64,000 bases of DNA from Carpediemonas membranifera BICM (lineage: Eukaryota > Protista > Fornicata): positions 930,001 through 994,000 of the forward strand of contig JAHDYR010000012.1 of NCBI GenBank assembly GCA_019828565.1, in the 5' to 3' direction. The position numbers and the translations under genes are program-made. Under the pieces are notes generated by a model that was given only the letters and a program-made list of their open reading frames with translations, was not told the origin of the DNA and did not search any database. Of the stretch, positions 1-9,795 are shown piece by piece; positions within the stretch are counted from its first letter, which is position 1, and every line of letters starts with the position of its first letter.

Positions 1-987
1 GTCCAGACTCTCTGGGCGCAGGAAGTACATCTCGATCGGGCCGAGCCGGGCTGCCCAGAAGCCATGGAAAGGAGAGTACAGTCGCTGTTGCGGCAGCTGG
101 TCGATTGGGACGTGCTTGTAGCCCATGCTGGATGAGTAAGTGCGGTATCCAAGCAGTCTCCATGCCATGGTGTAGACGGAGATGACACGCATGGTTGCGA
201 ACGTGCTGTAGGCCTTGTCAGCCTTGTTGTCGGTGACGTCGATCTCGGTCTCGGCGTCAGTTTTCAGCATGTACTTGACGATGTAGTCGATGCCCTCTGC
301 GTTGAAGATGGGTCGGACGTGCATCTGGCCGTGGGTGAACTTCAGAAGATGCGGGCAGTACTCCACGACGTTGCGGTCAGCCTCCTCGCGGCAGTAGAGC
401 CACTGGCGGTCTTTGGATGAGTAGCGGGCAGTATCGTTGACCGGCTTTGGGTAGCCCTCTGTGCATGTGCCGTCTGCGGCCTCGCATGATGAGTTGTGGG
501 TGTGCAGTTGATACCGGGCAGCGTCTTCGGTGAGCTGGACGCCGATAAATGTGTTGATCAGCTCGGCGAACGCTGGGGAGAACTCTCTGCGGTCAAGCTC
601 ATCGCCAATGTCGGGCACGCCTTCAGTCTCGCACCAGAGAGCCACGTGGTAGTGGGGGAGGCCGAGCTGCTCTTGCTCCTCCATGCGCTTGAATATGTGT
701 CGAGCAGAGGGGATGGCGGCCATGAGCAGAAGCGTGATGTGCTCGAAGTATGCGTGAGCAATGCGCGTTTCGTCCACGGGTTTGTCTCCAAAGCTGTAGT
801 GGCCGGTGTCGACGTTCAGCTCACGATACAGGCGGCGGATCTCGCTGGTGATGTACGCCGGGTCGACAGTGAATGTGAAGAAGAGGTGTGGAGCTCCTAT
901 CGTCATGACAATAGCGTGGAGGTGACGCTTGACGTTGTTCCAGTACGATGGGGTTCCGACCTGACCGGGTGCAGTGACGAGCTGCAT
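1..987 (-). CDS. Helitron/Helentron Rep (HUH endonuclease) domain, partial; 5' part cut off by a TIR element, runs off the window end
   Basis: My translation of the minus strand from 987 is open to position 1 (not in the ORF track). It contains motif 1 GAPHLFFTFTVDP, HUH motif 2 EEQEQLGLPHYHVALW, QLHTHNSSC..CTEGYP, VVEYCPHLL and motif 3 YIVKYMLK. Confidence 0.9.
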   Translation of the reverse strand, partial: MQLVTAPGQVGTPSYWNNVKRHLHAIVMTIGAPHLFFTFTVDPAYITSEIRRLYRELNVDTGHYSFGDKPVDETRIAHAYFEHITLLLMAAIPSARHIFKRMEEQEQLGLPHYHVALWCETEGVPDIGDELDRREFSPAFAELINTFIGVQLTEDAARYQLHTHNSSCEAADGTCTEGYPKPVNDTARYSSKDRQWLYCREEADRNVVEYCPHLLKFTHGQMHVRPIFNAEGIDYIVKYMLKTDAETEIDVTDNKADKAYSTFATMRVISVYTMAWRLLGYRTYSSSMGYKHVPIDQLPQQRLYSPFHGFWAARLGPIEMYFLRPESLD

Positions 988-989
988 GT

Positions 990-1038
990 CATACTGTTAA
1001 AAACGGGGTTTCGATGCCTGAGGAAATCATGAGGAAGT
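990..1038 (+). repeat. Left TIR of TIR element copy 1
   Basis: Reverse complement of 4705-4753 with 2 mismatches. Confidence 0.9.
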
Positions 1039-4000
1039 CCGTTTTCACGAAAAAAAATGGTGAAAACATTAGATTCAGTGAAATCTTTTCACCATTTTCA
1101 CAAGGCGCAAGAAAACGAAAGAGATGGCACTGAACACCCCTGGATGTACAGGACATCACTATACATGCTTTCCATGCATCTGTGAGCTTCTGCATTTTTC
1201 ACACATTTTCACGAAATGCTTCTCTGCACTGAGACCACTGTTCGCCAAGAGAATCACTGATGTTGTCGATAAATGCTATCCATAAGGTATTCCTGTCTTT
1301 ATTTCCGCTGCTGCTTCCCTCGTAGCGACGCGCAGGTGGCAAATAATGCACTTTAAGACTGAAAATTTGCCAGCTACCTGCGCATGGTGTTTGAGCTTGA
1401 TTGAAAGGCACGGAACAATACAGGGCTACTCTGCAGGTAACAGTAAGCAAAGCTTGAGCGACTTTGGGCCTCGAATGTGGTTGTATCTCATCAATGTTTA
1501 TGACCCACCCTCGCATCATCCTGATCAGAACTTCACGCTTACTCACATGCTCAAATACTATCCATATGTCCTCCCTGTCACCGATGTAGTCGTTGTCGAC
1601 CGTGTCTCAGCCTGGATACTCCTCCTGTCGACCGCACTGTCGTCTCCAACGTCTGTTAGGTCGACCCTGGTGTCCAACTCAGTTATATTAGTCATCTAAT
1701 GCAGGCTAAATTCTTTTATACATGACCACGGAGTTGTTCAATGCGACTTCAAGTCTCACAATTTTCTTTTCCGCTCTGAACAGAATGTATAGGTGACTGA
1801 ATATGGCTCAGCGATGGCTAGAATCACAACTAATTGTCCTCTCTGACTCTTTGAAAGCTATTCGAGTGTGTCAGATCATTCTAATCTTTCCAGTCGCGCC
1901 ATAATGTTAAACGGGAAGCCAAATCTCGCGATTGAATACGCATAGTCGACGCAGAGAAGCATTAAATAGCCAAGAACGTCTTATTGAACATGAGAGTATT
2001 GTTGACGTGACTCCAACATTAGTCCTCGGATTGATATTATGTCGAGACAGGAAGATGGGAGGGATGCACCACGACTCATGAGACTAAATGTCTCCCAAAC
2101 CATCTCCTAAACCATTTGATGTAGTGTGATTGAACTTGTACTGTGTTTACCTTGAAGTGCGCCCCATGTATTTTTTTGTTTACGTATATCAACATAAATA
2201 CGCCAATTTATTATCGTAAAATTGCTGGGCCCGGGTCAGCACAGTCTAAGGACCCGCCATATCGCTTTTCAGGTAGAAGTAGTCTGAACCCTAAATTTGC
2301 TTTACGTATATCTCGGTAAATAGACTCGAACGATATGTAAAAATCTTGGATCCGTCCTAACATATCAAATACTACACATATACCAAGTTTCAGCCAAATC
2401 CAAGCCGAGAAGATCACCCCCGTCAAGCCCATGGACAATGGTAGGTCAGAGTGGTTTTGGCGAAAATAACAGTGCATTGCTGTATTCCAAATGTATGACT
2501 TATAGTGCAATGCACTGTTATTTTCGCAGAGCCGAACTTGGAGGTGGCCAGAAACTGACATCGCTGAAAAGCTCAGAGACGTCGTTATATCATCTATAAC
2601 GGCATCTCTGAGCTTTTGGGCGCACGGTTTCATCCTGGCGGGGAGATCGATGCTTGTGAAAATGAAGAATCGACTAGGAGAGCTCTACGCTTGCATGCAG
2701 CCTTCTATTAGGTTGTTGATGTTGGTTATATGCTTCTTTTTCGTTCTCGATGCGTGTGGATGAGTATTCTGTTGCAAGATTCATTTTGATGGACTGATGT
2801 TGGTTATAGAGGATAAAGGCACCAGAATGGATCATATGCATGCTATAAACCCGTTCTGTGCCGTTGGAATAGCGTTATTCGATAGTCAGTAGCACTTGTT
2901 GTTCGTTTCACTCGTTGCAATCATTAAAGTGCACATGGAGAAATGATAAATCCTGGCCCATCTGTGCATGTGACAGCAACAAGGGGTCTCGGGGTAAGAG
3001 CAGGAACAAGAATTGGGAACAGCGAATTCCAGGCTGCCTGTCAAAGCGCTAAGAACTGACCCCAGCCAGGTGAAACAAAGGGAACTTCTCAGAATGTCAT
3101 AATATTCGCTGGTGTATGAGACTCACTGCCTCCCCTGCTCACCCCAATTAGCGATATAGGGACTTAGGGATGTGCAGTGCAATGACCGTGATAAATGCGG
3201 ACGCAGAAGAGGCAGACCAGCACTTGTGGGGAACACTCACACCCCCGCTAAATCACACGCAAGGTCACCGGAGAAGACACAAGTCTCATAGAGTCCACAG
3301 ATAGGAAGTTTTGAGGTCATAACTCTATGGTCCATGCTGGGTGCCTCGGCAATATTGAGATAGTAAGTGCAGAGGGTGCGTGCTGGAGCCCCTATAGGCT
3401 TTAGAGCCCTTCTCGTCATCATTCAGAGGATGATGTAGCGCCCAGGCCGGGTGGAGAGTGGCGAAAATGGTCATTCACGAGCTTGGGCAGTTACCCGCGT
3501 CTCTCGGCTGTGGGATAATGGGATACCGGACCTGTCCATGACCGAACACCAATCGACCTAAAATTATATTTAATGCGAAAAAAAATTTTCGATGGTGTCT
3601 CTGACCTCCTGCCATGATACAGGTGCGAGAGGTACAAAGTTATTCTTTTTGATGTTTTTCTCCCGAGACCATTTTGTGCCACCAAGAAAAAAAAAGTGGC
3701 ACAAATGAGTTTGAAGTTTGTGTGCTGCAGAACTACATTCTGAGGTGTTCAGGGGATGTGTATAGTGTCTAATAAAGTACCCAGTGCAAACCACCAGCGG
3801 CATGATCATCACAATAGCGATTACGAACTGTGAAATTTCACATTTTCACATTTCACGGGATTTTCACGAAACGCGATCAGTGCAATTGCGACAGCTGGGA
3901 GCTGAAAAGCGGAAGATATGCCTGTAACAAGGATCTATAACACCTCCTGAAGTTAGACTGCTGATAGCTAGTCTCGTTGTCGAGTTCTGAGCTTGCACAA

Positions 4001-4704
4001 AAAAGTTGAATCTGAATTTCACGGTCAATATTGACCTAGATCGCGAAAGTGAAGGTGTAAGAAAAGGCTAACTCACCAACGAGAGCAGCTAGAGGAAAAT
4101 GGTAAAGGGTTTTGCAATCTGCATCCCCTGAGGAGTTCAGTTTCACACAGATGAGGATTTGAGAAAGCTCCCCTTTCACAACGTCTTTGGGCACCTTCGA
4201 CGGCATCGATAATGATGAAGCATACCATTAGCCCTTATAGGCTATGATACACATCTACTGTTGGCGAAATGTTCTGCAATGTTGTCATCGACGAGATATG
4301 GTACCACATTTTTTATATCTCAAGATTGATGAAGTGCCCCATCTAGCCGAGCATATCCGGGTGCTGTATGAAGGTCATATAGCACCCCAGTATGGTTGGT
4401 TAGTTGGGGCACTTCACCAATCCCGAGATCGTGTGATTCAATCAAAAGAACCCAGCGACTGTGACATCGCTGAGAGCTGAAACCAAGAGAGGATGTATAA
4501 ACAGTAGTACTGAGCTTGCTTACAGACCAGCTTGTCATGTCGACCACTTTTCACCAACTACATAAAATGCGTTTCCCTATTTACTCGCCGATGAGCAAAA
4601 TAATGCTCGACAACGATGTAAGATATGCGTTATTCATCTATAAAGCACCTGCTGTTGTATTTAAATCGGCTTCAGGGGTTCTAGTTTCGGATATCGCCAT
4701 TTTC

Positions 4705-4753
4705 ACTTCCTCACGACTTCCTCAGGCATCGAAACCCCGTTTTTAACAGTATG
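4705..4753 (-). repeat. Right TIR of TIR element copy 1
   Basis: Reverse complement of 990-1038; followed by TA. Confidence 0.9.
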
Positions 4754-6499
4754 TACAACATCATCTTGGTAAACCAGGCACTTGGAGTAGAGGAGCGTGT
4801 CTAGGGCTGTCTCCATTGCGTATTGGAAGTGGCTGCCGGCCTGCTTTAGGCCGAATGGGAGCCGGGAGTAGCGAAATCTACCAAGGTGGGTGGTGAAAGT
4901 GGTGAAGTCGCGTGATGCTGGGTCAACTGCGATCTGATGGTACCCTGATGATAGGTCGATGGTGGCAAAGAAGCGCTTACCAGCAAGATGATCAAGTGTT
5001 TCGTCTATCCTGGGGAGAGGGAAGTCAAAATCTACTGTCTCTGCGTTCAAGCGGTGATAATCCACGCACATGCGGGTCTTGGCGGTGTCTTTCTTGCTCA
5101 CGATGACCACAGGAGATCCCCAAGGGCTGGAGCAGCGTTCAATGATGCCTAAGGCTAGGAGCTTGGTAACATGAGCTTCTATCTCTTGCTGCTTCCATGT
5201 TGGTGCCGGATAGGGCCGTGAGGAACACAACTTATATCCATCCTTGAGCTGAAGGGAGAATGGTCTGAGTTTTGATGGTTCGAGGGTTAAATCACCGAAA
5301 ACATCGCTGAACTGTTCGATAATTGACTTATAGCGATCGGGCACCACACCAGCGCATGATAACGACCGATCTAAAGCGTCAACTGAGTCCTCAATATGTT
5401 CGCTAGGTAGTGATGGATTAATAAGGAGATCGACGAGACCGAGCCTACACATTGCTGGAAAGCCAATGATGACGTCAAAAGGGGATTCTTCCAGGACGTA
5501 ACCATCGAACATAGTGGACAGGGAGTAGTGGAAAATCTCATTAGGTGGGAGTGTAAGGTCAACCGACGCAGACCCCAACGTCTCCACCAGTTGTAAACGA
5601 TGGCTGTGTGGTGAAATCTTACTGACAACATGGCGGGCCAGCAAGTTGTGTGATGATCCTGTATCCAGGAGTACGGTCACCTTGGTATTTCCTATCACAC
5701 CGGCGCATGAAAGGACAGAGGAGTTAAGAAGGGCAGAATGACAATACGTCGCAGGATTTACACTATCCTTTGACACATCATCTGCGCGCTTCTTGCGGCA
5801 CTCGGTGGCGACGTGGCCGACCTTTTTGCAATACCCGCACAACGGTAGACCCTTCTTCTTTGCAAAGCACTCGTCTTCAGTGTGTCCTTTCTTGCTGCAA
5901 TAGGAGCACTTACTGGGCTGGGTGTTGGGTCGTTTTGTGGGCTGATGTTCAGCCGGGCGGGCAGATCTCACGACAGGGCCTTTCTGGGTGAAGGGTAGGG
6001 CGATCTTCAAGGCACGCTCTACGGCATGTGCGTGTTGTATCGCGAGAGCAAAGGTGTCATTGAGGGACTTGTCCTTCGTGATACCGATCAGTTGGTCGTG
6101 GAATGCGTGGATGTGAGAGAAACCACGGATGAAGGCTTCGCGAACCGTGTCGGTGCCGACATCGGCCTCAGGTATGATCTCCAGCAGTGTTCTAAACAGT
6201 TGGACGAAGCTGACGACGTTGGCAGGGCTGCGACCCTTTGCCTTGCGGTTGAAGGCGTCTGCTTTCGAGAACTGATCTTCGGGGGTTACATGGGAGAAAA
6301 CGGCTTACCTTACAGACGGAGGAAAGGCGGAAGGGTTTGCCTGACATCTCAAGCTCGCGGAGGACGTTCTTCGAGAGTAGCATGTGTGGAAGCGTACCTT
6401 CGAATGGCGAAGGGAGTAGTCCGCGAGGTCCATCATAAACGTTAAGACGGCGGTAAGCGACAGGATGCTCAAAACGGGTGTGTCTTTCGTACTAATCAT
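4754..6499 (-). pseudogene. gag-protease-RT of gypsy element A (truncated; disrupted in gag)
   Basis: Two CCHC knuckles (CSYCSKKGHTEDEC, CGYCKKVGHVATEC), protease LLDTGSS, and RT motifs RMCVDY, DLSSGYHQI, LPFGL and YQDD. The ATG at 6499 is in frame but there is a TAA at 6305-6307. Confidence 0.85.
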
Positions 6500-6512
6500 G
6501 CAGAAATATTTC

Positions 6513-6672
6513 TGTACGGCAATTGCAAGTGCGTAAACGAAGAGTGTTTAATAGGGGGTTTAGACCACATATGCATAAATGGCCGAAACCAAATATCTGT
6601 ATCTAATTCTGTATCTATAAATATGTCTTGCGATATTGCTATCTATGGCCGTGGTAGGGTATGATAGCAACA
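6513..6672 (-). repeat. Putative 5' LTR of gypsy element A (160 bp)
   Basis: AT-rich segment bounded by TG...CA, lying between the gag ATG and the point where the helicase frame resumes. Only one copy is in the window, so the boundaries are inferred. Confidence 0.7.
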
Positions 6673-7077
6673 CTGTACACCGCCCTCTCTCGCGCCCCAA
6701 CTCTCGACGCGCTCACGATATTCGGCGGAGTTGACACGCACGACAAGATGACCGTCAACGGATTCACATTCAACACTGTCAAGCCGGTCCCAGAGCTGTT
6801 CCGCCCGATCCATACGAAGGTCGTCACATCCCGTGTGGACTTCCTGCACAGGAAGATGCTTCCCCTGACCGACATGATCGTCAGGCACACCACTCGAGAG
6901 GCCTTCATCGACAACTCAGGCGTCAGCGTCGACGACAACACCAACGAGGTCGTCCGCAAGATGCTCAAGGTCAAAGACTGGATCAGGTTCGCCAACGCAG
7001 CGACCATGTACGCCAAGCGCAGCACCACCTTCCAGCCCTGCCCCGCAAGCGCCTCATCCCCGTTGCTCCGAAGCTGA
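6673..7077 (+). CDS. PIF1-type helicase C-terminus of Helitron RepHel (fragment)
   Basis: Begins LYTALSRAPTLDALTI, matching PIF1 motif VI (LYVALSR). It probably continues into the 7143 ORF through a frameshift near 7030. Confidence 0.75.
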   Translation: MYTALSRAPTLDALTIFGGVDTHDKMTVNGFTFNTVKPVPELFRPIHTKVVTSRVDFLHRKMLPLTDMIVRHTTREAFIDNSGVSVDDNTNEVVRKMLKVKDWIRFANAATMYAKRSTTFQPCPASASSPLLRS

Positions 7078-7142
7078 AGAAGACTAAGCGCAAGCAGACC
7101 AAGCGTAACCCCCGCAAGCCCGGCGCGAAGAGCAAGCCCAGA

Positions 7143-8888
7143 GTGAGACACATAGACACGGCCTTCAGCGACGCAGAGCTCGAATCAGACGTCGAACTCG
7201 AGGCGCTGACCGACTATGAGTGCGAAGACAACGTCGCTGCCATTGGGTTCGAGCCTCTCAACGCCACGTACCGCTCACTACACGAGCTGAACCTCACCCG
7301 CGTCCAGCGGAGCCTCGTACAGCGCTTCCGTCGCGACAACTTCTACCGCATCGAGAAGCAGAACGAGGTGCACGAGCTCGCCGCAGCAGGCATCATCAGC
7401 GCGGAGGAGACTACCGTCATCGACCAATGGGTGCAGGTGGCGTCAAGCAAAGACCCTGGCACAGTCATATCGATCATCAGCAACGACACCGACACGGCGA
7501 AAGAACTCCTCGACACAGCAGAGGCCGAGGACGCCAACGAGGCAATCCAGACTATTCTCGCCCGCATCGAAGAAGCACGCCGCGCCCAAGAGCATCCTCC
7601 AGCCGCCCACAAGCCTGCCCAGCCCAAGACCACGACCAAGCGCAAGGTCAAGCGGAAGGAGAAGCGCAAGCACAAGCCTGCGGTCGTCTTTGACCTGGGC
7701 ACACCAGAGTCTCCGCCTACACCTGACTACAGCAAGGGAGACGCGACATACGCCCTCACTGTCCAACGCTGCAGCAAGTCTCGCGAGAGAACAGAGCCGC
7801 CCACGCCCACCATTTCGGTAGTCGAGCCTCCAACGCAGTCAGAGGATGAGATGGCCCGCAGATGCCCGCTACTCAACCCCAGGAAGACTATGTCACCGAC
7901 ATACAGCAACGCTCGCATCTACGACAACGACGGCGGCGGTGACTGCGCAATCTTCGCTCTAGCGATGCGCACCAAGGCGTTCTACGACTACTTTATGTCC
8001 CTGGGCCACGGAGACGACGTGGACGGGTGTGTCAAGGTCTTCAGGCAGCGCTTCAGGCAGTACTGCACTGACTACAGAGAGACACACTCTCTCATACACC
8101 TCGGCCTTAACCCTGAGGCTGTTCACAGAATCACTTTCGACGGAACGTTCCTGAACATCCCCACCGTGTGGGCATTCTACTGTCACGAGTGCGGCATCAA
8201 GAATGACTCTCTGATTCTGTACCAGAACGACAGGACAATCGAGTACACCATCAAGCCAGCGGACGATGACCCCGACCGTCGTGTTTCCATCTGCCAGGAC
8301 GTCGTCAACGACGACAATACAATTCTCGCCACCGGCATCCGCCACCACGAAGGTGTACACTTCATGTGCGTCTTCCCCGAAGACGGGATTGAACACCAGC
8401 GCGAGCACGTCGACCACTCAGCAGCCGCCAGAGAGACTGCACTCAACCCCATCGAGATCACAGACGAGGACGAGCCGCCGCCGCCTGCACACGTTACCCG
8501 CCAACGCATAGCCATGAGACGTCAAGCTCGGGCCAAGCAGGCACCCGCCCCTCGGCCCACGTCTCCTCTTGTGCACGACATCGAGAGCATATCAATCAGC
8601 TCGCCCTCTGCCTCACCGTCGTCGCAAGGCTACGTGCCCCCGAAGCGTCTGCGGACGACACCACCACGCCGTATCCTCCCGCAGCGCTCTACGAGAGCAG
8701 CCCCATCCCCATCACCTCTCAGAGAAGCTACACCACGTCGAACGATGAGTCACCCAAGGTCATCCAAGACCCTCATCACGTACTCCGACAGCGAGGAGGA
8801 GACACCGAAGAGCATGAGAGGACAACACAACGCTAAGAGAAGCAAGCGTAGCACCTTCCACGCCAAGAATCGTTTGAAGTTTGACTGA
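7143..8888 (+). CDS. Helitron C-terminal region with OTU-like cysteine protease domain and basic/disordered tails
   Basis: 581-aa ORF with DNDGGGDCAIFAL (OTU-like Cys box) and a downstream GVHFMCV (His box). The same frame is open upstream to ~7030 with K/R-rich sequence. Confidence 0.65.
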   Translation: MRHIDTAFSDAELESDVELEALTDYECEDNVAAIGFEPLNATYRSLHELNLTRVQRSLVQRFRRDNFYRIEKQNEVHELAAAGIISAEETTVIDQWVQVASSKDPGTVISIISNDTDTAKELLDTAEAEDANEAIQTILARIEEARRAQEHPPAAHKPAQPKTTTKRKVKRKEKRKHKPAVVFDLGTPESPPTPDYSKGDATYALTVQRCSKSRERTEPPTPTISVVEPPTQSEDEMARRCPLLNPRKTMSPTYSNARIYDNDGGGDCAIFALAMRTKAFYDYFMSLGHGDDVDGCVKVFRQRFRQYCTDYRETHSLIHLGLNPEAVHRITFDGTFLNIPTVWAFYCHECGIKNDSLILYQNDRTIEYTIKPADDDPDRRVSICQDVVNDDNTILATGIRHHEGVHFMCVFPEDGIEHQREHVDHSAAARETALNPIEITDEDEPPPPAHVTRQRIAMRRQARAKQAPAPRPTSPLVHDIESISISSPSASPSSQGYVPPKRLRTTPPRRILPQRSTRAAPSPSPLREATPRRTMSHPRSSKTLITYSDSEEETPKSMRGQHNAKRSKRSTFHAKNRLKFD

Positions 8889-9314
8889 ACTCGGCATTGA
8901 CATAAACTGCAAGTTTCGATTTTTTTACTTGCATATTAAATACCATTCCGAAAAAATCGAAACTTCGATTGACATAAACTGCGTTTTCATTTCAACACCG
9001 ACTAACGGGGCCACGGTCGGCTGCGCCTCCCTCTGCCCCCCGGAATTGAAGACGGGGGGGCTCCGTTCGTTCCTCCGGCTTCGTTCGGCTTCGCTCCGCT
9101 CCGGGCGCTCGTCGCTACGCTCCTCCCGCCCTCCGCTACGCTACACCTCTCTACGCCTCCGTCACTCTCTCTGCCCCCTGCGACCCCCCGCGGACTCCGC
9201 CCCTGGACCTACATTCACCTGCGACGTATGCTGTTTGCCACGCATACCAACACGAATGACCCGGCCGAGAATTGAATATTGCTCAGTGGTTAGTATCATT
9301 TGCCAACCACGCAT

Positions 9315-9359
9315 GCCATATAACATGGCCAACTAACATATAATCACCAACCCAGAGGG
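9315..9359 (-). repeat. Split repeat B2 (45 bp)
   Basis: Identical to 9600-9644. Confidence 0.9.
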
Positions 9360-9444
9360 GGGGTGAGAAATTTATTCCAATGCTGAAGTTTCTCACAGCG
9401 TCGCTCCTGCGCGCTGAACAGGCATCGCCTGCGGGTTCTCGCTC

Positions 9445-9600
9445 CCGGCTCGTTTTCTTCGGCCGGATCAGCCATTCTCGTTCTTCTGAAGAGGATCGAG
9501 ACGATCCTTGAAATTTGCGCGCCCATCGAATCCGATCGAATCGGATCAGGCAGCACGACCCGACACTCCCGGGTGTCAACTGTGACCCATGTGGTCCACG
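9445..9600 (-). repeat. Split repeat A2 (156 bp)
   Basis: Identical to 12988-13143. Confidence 0.9.
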
Positions 9601-9644
9601 CCATATAACATGGCCAACTAACATATAATCACCAACCCAGAGGG
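9600..9644 (-). repeat. Split repeat B1 (45 bp)
   Basis: Identical to 9315-9359; abuts A2. Confidence 0.9.
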
Positions 9645-9795
9645 AACCACTCACCCAGAGGACACACTACTACCGCTACTCTCACACTACAATAACCTCG
9701 CATTGTTATAGCGGGAGCGGATCAAGGCGCCGGCGAAACCATTTCGCTTCGACGAACGCGTTTAAAGATTGTTTGGAATGATTAGGAGCGCAGCG

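Larger units (their letters stand above)
990..4753. mobile_element. Non-autonomous TIR DNA transposon, copy 1 (3764 bp)
   Basis: 49-bp TIRs beginning CATACTGTTAAAAACGGGGTTTCGATGCCTGAGGAA (36 bp perfect, 2 mismatches overall) at 990-1038 and 4705-4753. TA follows the right end. A near-identical inverted copy lies at 14964-23347. There is no long ORF. Confidence 0.9.
4754..6672 (-). mobile_element. Ty3/gypsy LTR retrotransposon A, 5' half only
   Basis: Inferred 5' LTR at 6513-6672, followed by gag-pro-RT that is cut immediately after YQDD by the TIR element. It interrupts the Helitron helicase just before LYTALSR. Confidence 0.85.

Noticed and set aside
496-1032. Plus-strand 178-aa ORF
   Set aside because: It is the antisense shadow of the Helitron Rep and reads into the TIR.
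1590-1670. Three GTCGACC motifs at 32-33 nt spacing, and any CRISPR-like array
   Set aside because: Too short and too few. No repeat-spacer array or cas gene is seen anywhere in the window.
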